From Promethearchaeota archaeon (GTDB lineage Archaea; Asgardarchaeota; Thorarchaeia; Thorarchaeales; Thorarchaeaceae), in contig JALVPN010000165.1 of assembly GCA_027031765.1 (NCBI GenBank), positions 30,001-62,000 on the forward strand: 32,000 nt of DNA. Direction: 5' to 3'. The notes below the pieces were generated by a model. It had not been told where the DNA came from. It made no database searches and was given only the letters and a program-made list of their open reading frames with translations. The translations under genes were made by a program, and so were the position numbers. Each line of letters opens with the position of its first letter. Positions within the stretch are counted from its first letter, which is position 1. Below, in pieces: positions 1 through 8,953 of the stretch.

Positions 1-70
1 CGTCCACTCCCGCCGTAGTCCAGTCGGCCCAGTCCACCCCGTGGTCTTGAGAGGTGCAGGAGGGGGTGCC

Positions 71-751
71 CTAGGACCCGTCACTCTCTGGGGCCCTTCC
101 TGCACCATACACACAGAGGTCGTTCAAGAAGCAGGAGCTACAGTGTGGTGACCTGGCCCTGCAGGTGCTCCTACCGTGCCGGACAAGGTTATGGTTCAGG
201 TGGTATATGCACCTCTCGTCCAGTATCGACTCCAGCAGCGTATGCGCCCGCTCCCTGCTGGTGCCCTCGGGGATGAGCCCCAGTCGTCTGGTCACCCTCC
301 ACACATGCGTATCAACAGGGAGTGCTGGCCTGCCGAAAGAGAACAGCAGTACGATTGCTGCGGTCTTTGGCCCGACGCCATGGAGTGACATCAGCCAGCG
401 CCGTGCCTCCTGCAGCGGCATCTCTCGCAGGTGCTCCAGCTCCAGTCCGCCAGTCCGTTCTCTAATCTCACGGAGCGCACGTCTTATCCTCTTGGCCTTG
501 ACCGCGCTCAGCCCCCCACTGCTTATTGTCGTGGCGAGCTGTGCCTCGTCGGCATCCGCCACATCCTCCCAGTCTGGGTACCGTGCTCTCAGTCTATCAT
601 ATGCCCTCCGGGCCAAGACATCAGTGGTGTTCTGACTGAGGATGGTAAGTACCAGCTCGGCCACCGGCTCTAGTCTGCGCGTCGTTATTGTCTCGCCGTA
701 GTGTTCCCGTAGTCGTCTGCAGACCTCCTGTGCAGTTGACTTGACGTTCAT
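71..751 (-). CDS. nth: Endonuclease III (Nth/MutY HhH-GPD DNA glycosylase)
   Basis: HhH motif LMSLHGVGPKTA, catalytic PVDTHV, C-terminal 4Fe-4S motif C-x6-C-x2-C-x5-C (CRARSPHCSSCFLNDLC). Start taken at ATG 751 (MNVKS); ATG 808 is possible. The listed 847 start overlaps the divergent flavodoxin gene. Confidence 0.92.
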   Translation of the reverse strand: MNVKSTAQEVCRRLREHYGETITTRRLEPVAELVLTILSQNTTDVLARRAYDRLRARYPDWEDVADADEAQLATTISSGGLSAVKAKRIRRALREIRERTGGLELEHLREMPLQEARRWLMSLHGVGPKTAAIVLLFSFGRPALPVDTHVWRVTRRLGLIPEGTSRERAHTLLESILDERCIYHLNHNLVRHGRSTCRARSPHCSSCFLNDLCVYGAGRAPESDGS

Positions 752-834
752 GTCTTGACACCAGCACGTCAGACCACTGGTCGGACGCGGCCCATTCAGA
801 AGACTCATCAATAGTCTGCGTCCAACAGTGTAGT

Positions 835-1278
835 ATGGACGAGCCACATGTTATTGTAGTCTACGAAAGCACACGTGGGCGCACCAAGGCAATGGCTGAG
901 GCCATCTGCGCGGGTGTGACCGGGGAAGGTGTGGTCTGCCGGATGCTCACTGCGACCGAGTTGAACGACATTGGGGGTGCATGCGGGCTGGCGGTGGGGT
1001 CTTCCACGCGCATGAAGCGGCCCTTGCCGGGAATCCGTACACTCCTGTCACGACTGCCGACGCTTGACGGGCTCCCTGCTGCTGCCTTCGGCTCATACGG
1101 GTGGAGTGGTGAGGCGCCTGATGAGATTGCACGGCTGCTCGCCGAGCGTGGTGCAGTCCTACTTGATGAATCGCCGGTGAAAGCAAAGGACTACCCATCT
1201 GAGGATGCGCTTGAACGCTGTCGTGACCTGGGCCGTGCGCTCGCTGTGCGGTGTACCTCTACCGGAACGACACCATAG
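835..1278 (+). CDS. Flavodoxin (FprA-type flavodoxin domain, short chain)
   Basis: FMN loop VYESTRGRTKAMAEAI, plus GSST and AFGSYGWSGEA motifs. Confidence 0.85.
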   Translation: MDEPHVIVVYESTRGRTKAMAEAICAGVTGEGVVCRMLTATELNDIGGACGLAVGSSTRMKRPLPGIRTLLSRLPTLDGLPAAAFGSYGWSGEAPDEIARLLAERGAVLLDESPVKAKDYPSEDALERCRDLGRALAVRCTSTGTTP

Positions 1279-1324
1279 AGTACCACGTATATGTGGAGTT
1301 TCCCGGACTACGGGGTTGAGGGCC

Positions 1325-3241
1325 GTGGGTCACATTGCAAGGCTGACAGGCTATGCTCTACGTCACAAGGCCCACTTTGCTGGTTTCATGAGTGCCGCCG
1401 CGGTGGCAACAGTCTTCAACCTACTCACCCCACTGGTCCTCGTCCGTATCATCGACACGGTGGTCCCCAGTCAGAAGCTTGCCCTCATAGTCCCACACGC
1501 CCTGCTCTATCTCGCCCTGATTGTCGGCTATGCACTGTTCGACTTTGTCCAGCGCTACCTCAGTGCACTGATGGCACAACATGTGATCTTTGAACTGAGG
1601 GCCGAGCTGTACGAGTCGCTCATGTCGAAGGACCTGGCCTTCTACGATGAGAACGAGACCGGCCAGCTCTTGGCCCGCGTCACAACTGACGTGACGACGA
1701 TGCGCCAGTTCCTACTATGGGGCTACCGCGTGATATTCACCGGCGCTGTGACACTGGTGGGGACGTACTATGTGATGTTCACACTGAGCCCACGACTGAC
1801 CATGTGGATGCTACTGGTGCTGCCCGCGCTCGGCTATGTGATTTATGCCTTTGCCAAGCGGGTGCGCCCGGTCTTCTTTGCGGCAAGAGACCAGTATGGA
1901 CGGCTCAGCGCGGTCTTGCAGGAGAACATAACTGGGATGAAGATTGTCCAGTCATACTCAACACTTGAACATGAGAGCAAGAGGGTCGAGCAAGAGAACC
2001 GCAAGTACCTTGACCTGATTGTTGAGGCAAACAGGCTGGCGAACTTCTATTCTCCCCTGTTGATAACGGTGCTCGGGGTTGCGACTGGCGCACTGGTGTA
2101 CGTTGGGGGCCTGCTGTATAGCTTCGGTGACCTTTCCGCTGGCGAGTTCGTGGGCTTCGTCAGTCTTGTCGCAATGCTGGTGCTCCCCGCGCGGTTCCTG
2201 ACCTGGGGTGTCGGTATGTACCAGCGCGCATCCGCTGCTGCAGAACGCACCTTCTACATCTTGGACGCCCGCGATGAGATAATGGACCCCCCTGACCCGG
2301 TACCTGTTGAACGTCTTGAGGGTCATGTTACATTCCAGCACGTGTTCTTCTCCTACCGGGGGGACAACTACATCCTCCGTGACATCAACCTTGATGTCAG
2401 GCCCGGGCAGGTGGTCGCACTCCTCGGTGGTACTGGCTCTGGCAAGACAAGCCTGGTGAACCTCATCCCTCGCTTCTACGATGTTGACCCCGACCCTACT
2501 GTCACAGTGCGTGGGAGGACGTACCGAGTGGACAGACACGGCCGGGTCAGGATTGGTGACACTGAGTACCGCGTAGAGGACGGGACGCTCACTATTGATG
2601 GCGAGTCCTTCACGGTCCAGCCACCGGGGGCCCTCTTGATTGATAGTGTCGATGTGCGCCGCTACTCGCTCGACGACTTGCGCCGCAACATCGGGATGGT
2701 GCACCAGGACCCGTTCCTGTTCTCAGCATCAATCAGGGAGAACATTGCATTTGCAAGACCGGACGCACCCATGGATGAGGTCATTGCTGCGGCCAGGGCC
2801 GCCATGATCCACGACTTCATAGTGTCCCTCCCAGGGGGCTACGACACAGTTGTCGGTGAACGTGGTGTCACCCTCAGCGGCGGCCAGCGACAGCGCATTG
2901 CCATCGCGCGTGCCCTCCTTGCAGACCCACGAATCCTCATTCTCGATGACTCTACAAGCTCCGTTGATGCAAGGACGGAGCTGGAGATACAACGTGCACT
3001 GGAGAACGTGATGCGTGGGCGTACTACTTTCATTATCACGCATCGTCTGAGCACAATCCGTGGTGCCGACCTGATTGTCATGATGGAGCGTGGACGTATT
3101 GTTGAGGTGGGTACCCATGAGGAACTGATGGCCCGGGGCGGCCTGTATGCCGACCTATATGCCACGCTCGACGTGATGCGTGAAGAGGCGCGACGACTGA
3201 CCGCTGGCCAGACCGCTGGGCTGGGGGGTGGTACACAGTGA
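1325..3241 (+). CDS. Heterodimeric ABC exporter subunit A (TM287/TmrB-like; 6-TM domain + NBD with non-canonical Walker B)
   Basis: Walker A GGTGSGKT, signature LSGGQ, Walker B ILILDD (D replaces the catalytic E), switch THRLS. Start placed at GTG 1325 (MGHIARL); the ORF is open from 1205. Carries a ~45-aa insertion in the NBD. Confidence 0.93.
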   Translation: MGHIARLTGYALRHKAHFAGFMSAAAVATVFNLLTPLVLVRIIDTVVPSQKLALIVPHALLYLALIVGYALFDFVQRYLSALMAQHVIFELRAELYESLMSKDLAFYDENETGQLLARVTTDVTTMRQFLLWGYRVIFTGAVTLVGTYYVMFTLSPRLTMWMLLVLPALGYVIYAFAKRVRPVFFAARDQYGRLSAVLQENITGMKIVQSYSTLEHESKRVEQENRKYLDLIVEANRLANFYSPLLITVLGVATGALVYVGGLLYSFGDLSAGEFVGFVSLVAMLVLPARFLTWGVGMYQRASAAAERTFYILDARDEIMDPPDPVPVERLEGHVTFQHVFFSYRGDNYILRDINLDVRPGQVVALLGGTGSGKTSLVNLIPRFYDVDPDPTVTVRGRTYRVDRHGRVRIGDTEYRVEDGTLTIDGESFTVQPPGALLIDSVDVRRYSLDDLRRNIGMVHQDPFLFSASIRENIAFARPDAPMDEVIAAARAAMIHDFIVSLPGGYDTVVGERGVTLSGGQRQRIAIARALLADPRILILDDSTSSVDARTELEIQRALENVMRGRTTFIITHRLSTIRGADLIVMMERGRIVEVGTHEELMARGGLYADLYATLDVMREEARRLTAGQTAGLGGGTQ

Positions 3242-5034
3242 GCCATCACGTTGGTGACGATGAGGAGCGTACCTACGAGTACAGTGACAGCGCACTGCTA
3301 GGACGGATGGTGCGCTACCTGCTGGAATACCCGCACATAGTGGTGGGAGTGTCCCTCCTTGTGGCAGTCAACATATCCGTCAGTATATTCTCCCCATTCG
3401 TGCTCCGCACCGGTATCGACGACATCTTCCCCACTGGTGACCTGGACGCACTCTCGGTCTGTTCCGTGTTGTACATTCTCTTGCAGGTGGTCTGGTGGCT
3501 ATCGAGCTATGGACAGGGATACCTGACCACACTGATGGGCCAGCGGGCCGTCTACCGTATCCGGCAGTCACTCTTCCAGCACCTCCAGTCCCTCTCACAG
3601 GAGTTCTACGACCGTAAGTCCAGCGGACGCGTGATCTCCCGCCTCACCAATGACATCGACCGGATGAGCGAGTTCCTGACCGGGGGGCTCTTCAACTCGC
3701 TCGCACAGATGTTCATCGTGTTCGCGGTCGGCGTCACAATCCTCGTTGTGGACATAGACCTCGCCCTCGTGTCGCTCGCCGTCGTGCCACTGTTGGCGGT
3801 CTCAACACATGTGTTCCGTCAGCGTGCGAGAGAGGCCTACCGACAGACACGCAAGACAATTTCCAGTGTGACCTCAAACCTTGCAGAGAGCATCTCGGGT
3901 GCAAAGGTGACGAAGAGTTTTGCGCGTGAGCGAGAGAGCCTTGTACGTTTCGCAGAGGTCAACATCAAGGACTACCAGTCGAACGTCAACGCTGCAAAGG
4001 CGACCTCCGTCTTCTTTCCGGCCATCCGCCTCATCGGAGGCCTCGGTGTCGTACTGATACTCTGGGTGGGTGGTACCCGCCTGATTGAGGGCTCGATCAC
4101 AGTCGGGACGCTCCTCCTCTTCATCCAGATGAACGCAACGTTCTTCCGGCCAATCGTTGTTCTCACGAGCTTCTACAACACGGTCCAGAGTGCCTTTGCT
4201 GGTGCCGAGAGAGTGTTCGCCATACTCGACACACAGCCCGCTGTCAAGGACAGCCCCGATGCAATTGACCTCCCAGATGACATCAGGGGGCACATCCGTT
4301 TCAACAACGTGTCGTTCAGGTATGTTGAGAGCACCCCTGTCCTTGTCGACTTCAACCTTGAGATCATGCCGGGCGAGACCGTCGCCCTTGTCGGTGATAC
4401 TGGCGCCGGCAAGACCACGGTCATCAGTCTGCTCAACAGGTTCTATGATGTTGACTCGGGCTCGATCGAGATTGACGGCATTGATATCCGTCGTGTAAAG
4501 CAGCGCTCCCTGAGGTCGAAGATTGGCCTTGTCCTCCAAGAACCGTTCCTGTTCAGCGGCACTGTCCTTGACAACGTCCGTTACGGCAGGCCTGACGCAT
4601 CATATGAAGAGGTACTTGAGGCTGTTGAGGCAATTGGTGCACGAAGGCTCCTTGAGAGCCTTGAGAACGGCCTCCTCACCGAGGTGGGGGAGCGTGGGGG
4701 TCGTCTGTCTGAGGGAGAACGGCAACTCGTCAGCTTTGCGAGGGCGCTCCTTGCCGACCCGCGCATCCTTGTCCTGGACGAGGCTACGAGTTCAATCGAC
4801 ATATACACCGAGTACACAATCCAGCGGGGGATGCGTGCCCTCCTCAAGGGGCGCACTGCTGTCGTGGTGGCACACCGCCTCTCGACCATTGTCAGTGCTG
4901 ACCGCATCGTGGTCCTTGAGAAGGGCCGGATTGTCGAGATGGGCACGCATCACGAGCTGATGGCCCGCCGTGGGAAGTACCACTCACTATACGAGCTCCA
5001 GCTACGACCCCGTGCTGCTGGAATCACAACCTGA
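3238..5034 (+). CDS. Heterodimeric ABC exporter subunit B (TM288/TmrA-like)
   Basis: GTG start overlaps the upstream TGA. Walker A GDTGAGKT, degenerate signature LSEGE, canonical Walker B ILVLDE, switch AHRLS. The pairing gives one consensus and one degenerate ATP site, as known for TM287/288. Confidence 0.95.
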   Translation: MSHHVGDDEERTYEYSDSALLGRMVRYLLEYPHIVVGVSLLVAVNISVSIFSPFVLRTGIDDIFPTGDLDALSVCSVLYILLQVVWWLSSYGQGYLTTLMGQRAVYRIRQSLFQHLQSLSQEFYDRKSSGRVISRLTNDIDRMSEFLTGGLFNSLAQMFIVFAVGVTILVVDIDLALVSLAVVPLLAVSTHVFRQRAREAYRQTRKTISSVTSNLAESISGAKVTKSFARERESLVRFAEVNIKDYQSNVNAAKATSVFFPAIRLIGGLGVVLILWVGGTRLIEGSITVGTLLLFIQMNATFFRPIVVLTSFYNTVQSAFAGAERVFAILDTQPAVKDSPDAIDLPDDIRGHIRFNNVSFRYVESTPVLVDFNLEIMPGETVALVGDTGAGKTTVISLLNRFYDVDSGSIEIDGIDIRRVKQRSLRSKIGLVLQEPFLFSGTVLDNVRYGRPDASYEEVLEAVEAIGARRLLESLENGLLTEVGERGGRLSEGERQLVSFARALLADPRILVLDEATSSIDIYTEYTIQRGMRALLKGRTAVVVAHRLSTIVSADRIVVLEKGRIVEMGTHHELMARRGKYHSLYELQLRPRAAGITT

Positions 5035-5171
5035 CACCATGTGTGGTGGCCGTGACGAGCACCGATCACACTCCAGCCATGTATGGCATCCGACAGGTCG
5101 CGCTGCACGGCACCCGTACCATGTATGTGCGTGCTGTCATGCAGTGGAGCTGTGTCTGGGTGCACGGCCCA

Positions 5172-5966
5172 TCAGTGTCCTCCACAGTGGCCGCCATGAT
5201 GGGAGCCGTGGCCATGGTGGTCATGGTGCCCGTGTCGAGTGTCATCGTCGCAACAGGACGACCACGGACGCCACCATGGCACATGACACATCGCCCTGTG
5301 AACTGCATCTGCTGCCAGCGCTATCGAGTCACCTACGGTCCTGCCAATGGTCTGTGCCAGTGGGCCACTGTAGTCCCACCGCATGTGGCAACCCCGGCCA
5401 TGGCCCGTGTCCGTGTGCACAAGCCTGTCCTCGTCTATGTGGACTGCACGTCCCGTGCTCTCGATGTGGACAGTACTGCCATGGATGAACACCATCGCAT
5501 CGTCCTGAATGACCAGTACGACCGTCCCTGCAGGGTCTGACCTGCCTATCAGCACCGCTGCGCCATCAATGCGGGAGGCGCGTTCGGGGTGCAGGTCGCT
5601 GGCATCAACCATCTCACGCACCGCTCTGACGAACGCGTCAACATCAGCGTATCCCAAGGCGGCTGCGTCCCCGCTGGTGGCCCTCTTGGAGTGGTCACCA
5701 GCACTATGATCCTGGATGAACAACAGCTGGATTCCCTGAAGGCTCCCAGCAACAGCACGTCCAACAACTCCCTCGTCAGTCTCAACAAAGGCATCCACTG
5801 CGAACTTGGCCTGTCCCGCAAAGGCCATGCCCACTGGTGTGCCATCCTGTTCGAGTGGTGTCCATATGCATCCCGGACCGAGCTCTACCAGCGCCTTCTG
5901 GTGCAACACCACCTGTGTCGCCTCGACCACCACATTGACTGTTCCATTTGGTGACAGTGCGTTCAT
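5172..5966 (-). CDS. Hypothetical protein with His/Cys-rich C-terminal tail
   Basis: 264-aa ORF whose ATG overlaps the ArsR stop (ATGA). It ends CCDDDTRHGHHDHHGHGSHHGGHCGGH. Confidence 0.7.
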   Translation of the reverse strand: MNALSPNGTVNVVVEATQVVLHQKALVELGPGCIWTPLEQDGTPVGMAFAGQAKFAVDAFVETDEGVVGRAVAGSLQGIQLLFIQDHSAGDHSKRATSGDAAALGYADVDAFVRAVREMVDASDLHPERASRIDGAAVLIGRSDPAGTVVLVIQDDAMVFIHGSTVHIESTGRAVHIDEDRLVHTDTGHGRGCHMRWDYSGPLAQTIGRTVGDSIALAADAVHRAMCHVPWWRPWSSCCDDDTRHGHHDHHGHGSHHGGHCGGH

Positions 5967-6640
5967 TCGCTGTCCTCCTCCTCAAATGCAATGTCTATGT
6001 CCTCTTCTCCGGCGTCCTCACCCGTGTCCTCCCGTGCCGCAGAGGTGTCGAGTTCCCGCTCCATCCTGCTCGTCAGCCACTGCGCGAGCCGGTATGCCAG
6101 CCTCCCCTCTACAGTCACGTGGTACGTCCCACGCACCTCCCCCTTTATCACATATCCAGCGTCTATGAGCTGGTTGAGGTGGTGCATCAGCGAGCTGCCA
6201 GTCTTGCCGGTCATGTTCTCGAGCTCGTTGAAGGTCTTCCCGCCATCACGGAGGAACTCCAAGATTCGGAGGCGCACCTCGCTCCCCAAGGGACTGACGA
6301 CCCGCGCCACTCGTTCAGGTGGTATGTCCTGGACTCTCCTGCGTCGGCTCCCGTGCCTCTTTGTCCTCACCAGCAGATGTGGTGCCCTTATTGTCACACC
6401 GGCACTGCTCAAGGAACGCCGTATCTGCTCTCCCAGCCCGTCGAGCATCTCGTCGAGGCTCTCGGTCAGTCCTGACAGGTCGATATGTACTGCATGTGTT
6501 TCCATCCTTGGCCTGCGCCCGTAGGACCTGCGGTAGCGTGCACGGATCTCCTCAATCTCCTCGAGCTCTCTCTTGAGCTGCTCCTTCAGGCGACGCACCT
6601 CTTCGAGCTCTCTTCTCATCTCTTCCGCGTCATCGGCCAT
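5963..6640 (-). CDS. ArsR/SmtB-like winged-HTH transcription regulator with N-terminal coiled coil and acidic tail
   Basis: LGSEVRLRILEFLRDGGKTFNELENMTGKTGSSLMHHLNQLIDAGYV is a wHTH pattern. ATG 6640 is preceded by a GGTGA SD site. Confidence 0.85.
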   Translation of the reverse strand: MADDAEEMRRELEEVRRLKEQLKRELEEIEEIRARYRRSYGRRPRMETHAVHIDLSGLTESLDEMLDGLGEQIRRSLSSAGVTIRAPHLLVRTKRHGSRRRRVQDIPPERVARVVSPLGSEVRLRILEFLRDGGKTFNELENMTGKTGSSLMHHLNQLIDAGYVIKGEVRGTYHVTVEGRLAYRLAQWLTSRMERELDTSAAREDTGEDAGEEDIDIAFEEEDSE

Positions 6641-6660
6641 CTCTTCACCACTGTAGCCAC

Positions 6661-6694
6661 TTACAGCTGTAATACTGTACATTTTTACATATAA
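6661..6694 (-). promoter_or_regulatory. TATA-like box plus 12-bp palindromic operator candidate upstream of the ArsR gene
   Basis: Perfect palindrome TTACAGCTGTAA at 6661-6672. TTATAT on the minus strand at 6694-6689 puts the predicted TSS at or near the palindrome. Confidence 0.45.
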
Positions 6695-6738
6695 GTCCAG
6701 CTGTCCCGGTGCGCGGGCACTACACTGTCCTTGGGGGT

Positions 6739-7185
6739 TCAGAGATGTCCTGTTGCCCTGTGTTGCGTTGCGACCTCGACAAGTCGAGTGATGAAGCCAC
6801 CGGCCATGCCGGCGACGAGCCACACGAGATAGGCCCTCACTGTCGTGCCTGTCATCGGCGTCCATCCTGTGAGTTGCCAGAGTGTCGACCATACAACAGT
6901 GTCTAGGAGCACGGCAAGTGTCATGTATGCAGTCCCCAGAATGACGCCCTTCATTACAGGGCATATCCTGGACCTGAGGTCGCACCCGGACCCGAAGAGC
7001 CGTCCAGAGATGACCCCGGTTGCCAGTATGAGTACTACTGCGGTTGAAACGGGCCATGCATACTGTGTGTTGCCTGTGCTCACTGCAAGGAACACTGCAA
7101 TGGTCGTGGTCACGTAAACGACAGCAAAGTCACTCAGTGCTTGCAGCCACAACGGTCGTCCTGTCCACCACATCTCTTTGTCCAT
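6739..7185 (-). CDS. Hypothetical 4-TM membrane protein
   Basis: 148 aa with four hydrophobic segments, filling the gap between flanking genes. Confidence 0.7.
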   Translation of the reverse strand: MDKEMWWTGRPLWLQALSDFAVVYVTTTIAVFLAVSTGNTQYAWPVSTAVVLILATGVISGRLFGSGCDLRSRICPVMKGVILGTAYMTLAVLLDTVVWSTLWQLTGWTPMTGTTVRAYLVWLVAGMAGGFITRLVEVATQHRATGHL

Positions 7186-7333
7186 TCAGCCTATGTGGCC
7201 GCCGACGTATATCTACCGGTAGCGGCGGTACCACCCTGATGCATGCACCGCAGTATGTTGTTCATGGGGTGCCCGCTCTTTCCCGCTATGATACGCGATA
7301 ATGTAAAATAATCGTGGCCGTGTACCTTGACAT

Positions 7334-7864
7334 ATGATGAGCTCCGACAGCAAGCAGTTCATTGTCCTCGTTGCCGGAGAGGGTGGCGTTGGGAAGAGCA
7401 CCCTGATCAAGTACCTTCTGGAGGGTGTGTACATACCACAACGCCTTACGGTCGGCCTCAACGTAGAGACCTACACCCTCACCATTGACGGCCCGGAGTA
7501 CCATCTCACAATCAGGGATGCTGGTGGCGAGGAGCGCTTCCGGTTCATGATGCCGATGTGGACGCGCGGTGCAAAGGGCGCACTGCTCGTGTTCGACCTG
7601 GGACGTTATCACACCTTCCTGCACCTGCCGGACTGGCTGGAGCTGATGCGTGACTCGCTGGCACCCAGTAGGATTCTGCTCGTCGGTGCCAAGTGCGATA
7701 TCGGTGACGACCGTGAGGTGGACACGAGCGAGGCACATGATATTGTCGGCCGGTATGGGCTGGCTGGGTATGTCGAGACCAGCTCCATGATGGGGATTGG
7801 TGTCCGTGACGCATTCGAGATGCTCGTAAGGCGGATAGCCGCATCAGAGGGCCCCCCATCTTGA
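7334..7864 (+). CDS. Rab/Roc-like small GTPase (Ras superfamily)
   Basis: G1 GEGGVGKST, G2 TVG, G3 DAGGE(ERFR), GAKGALLVFD, G4 AKCD, G5 ETSS. No C-terminal prenylation Cys. An AT-rich box ~25-30 nt upstream suggests a leaderless transcript. Confidence 0.9.
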   Translation: MMSSDSKQFIVLVAGEGGVGKSTLIKYLLEGVYIPQRLTVGLNVETYTLTIDGPEYHLTIRDAGGEERFRFMMPMWTRGAKGALLVFDLGRYHTFLHLPDWLELMRDSLAPSRILLVGAKCDIGDDREVDTSEAHDIVGRYGLAGYVETSSMMGIGVRDAFEMLVRRIAASEGPPS

Positions 7865-7922
7865 GCCGTGGCTATGCTGGGCAATATGGTCACTACAATG
7901 GAGCCGGACAGGTGCGTGGACG

Positions 7923-8174
7923 ATGAGCGAGTTGAAGACAATCCGTGTGTTCTGCAAGAGGTGTGGTGAGTGGTATGAGGAGTCAGTTGACATGTCTGTT
8001 CTCTCGCAGTCGCATACGGGTGTGGTGTCGCTGGCCTTCGACCACGGTGACCATGTCCTGACGGTGTTCCTCGACTCTGACCTGTCAGTACGCGGCGAGT
8101 CGGTCGCAGACAAGGTCAAGGACGACAATCATGAGCCCACAAGAAAGGCCCTGGACTACTTTGACAGGTATTAG
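7923..8174 (+). CDS. Small putative Zn-binding protein (CxxC ... HxDH ... D-x4-VR)
   Basis: CKRC near the N-terminus and DHGDHVLTVFLDSDLSVRG. The pattern recalls a small domain common in Asgard proteomes (from memory, not searched). Confidence 0.72.
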   Translation: MSELKTIRVFCKRCGEWYEESVDMSVLSQSHTGVVSLAFDHGDHVLTVFLDSDLSVRGESVADKVKDDNHEPTRKALDYFDRY

Positions 8175-8196
8175 TGAAGACAAGGTGATTGAAGTG

Positions 8197-8901
8197 ATGC
8201 AGGAATGGCTTTCCGTAATGTCCATTGACATAGTTTCGAACTATGTGGCAATTGTTGTCTGCACTTGGACGGCGCTTGTAATCGCAAGGCGTTGGCGTTC
8301 GGATAGGGATCCGCTCACGGCCTCGTTGGCCGTGGCGTTTGTACTGCAGTCTGCTGGCCTACTTGCCTCAATATTGTCCGAGGTGCTCCTACGTCTGTCT
8401 GGTGACCACTATGCGGCTGGCATGTGGAGTCTCGTGTTTGTGGTCTCCTTCCTGTTGTCATTCCCTCCAGTAGCCTACTTCCATGCGGGCCTGTTCCACC
8501 CGCGCAACAAGTGGTACGTCCCAGTTGTGTCTTTTCTCTCTGGCTCTGGCGTTGCCCTCGCGACCACAGCTCCCGACTACTACAGCCCGCCGGCATCAGT
8601 ACACGCCATCTTCCTCGCTGTCCTGCTCCTCGTATACCCGCCCATCGCCGTGAGCTGCATGAGGCTCGCGCCACTTGCCAGCAAGCGGCTTACCCGGGTG
8701 AAATTCTGGACGGTCAGTGTATGGGCAGTGGCCCACTCTGCCGCGTACGTCCTGCTGGGCATACCTGAGATCTTCACGATTGCCGGAGTCGTTGTGGTCT
8801 CACTGTATGCAGGCAGTGCACTTGCACTCACGGCATCATATCTCACAGCCTATCTCGGATGGGTCATGCCCTCGTGGTTCCGGGCCCGCTTCAACAAGTG
8901 A
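8197..8901 (+). CDS. 7-TM membrane protein, receptor-like, no cytoplasmic output domain
   Basis: Seven hydrophobic segments by eye and a C-terminal GWVMPSWFRARFNK. SD-like AGGTGA before 8194/8197; ATG 8218 is an alternative start. Confidence 0.75.
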   Translation: MQEWLSVMSIDIVSNYVAIVVCTWTALVIARRWRSDRDPLTASLAVAFVLQSAGLLASILSEVLLRLSGDHYAAGMWSLVFVVSFLLSFPPVAYFHAGLFHPRNKWYVPVVSFLSGSGVALATTAPDYYSPPASVHAIFLAVLLLVYPPIAVSCMRLAPLASKRLTRVKFWTVSVWAVAHSAAYVLLGIPEIFTIAGVVVVSLYAGSALALTASYLTAYLGWVMPSWFRARFNK

Positions 8902-8953
8902 CGGGAGCACTCCGCATCACTCGTCCGGCCTTGGAGCTGGCACTCCCACGTCA

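Noticed and set aside
1-37. Possible start of a minus-strand gene (GTG, MDWADWTTAGVD) running off the window
   Set aside because: Only 12 codons are visible, which cannot support a call.
4950-5174. In-frame TGA after the His-rich tail (CGGH-TGA) followed by an open frame, suggesting selenocysteine readthrough
   Set aside because: The extension would overlap the convergent ABC gene by ~85 nt, no SECIS-like element was recognisable, and the His tail looks like a natural C-terminus.
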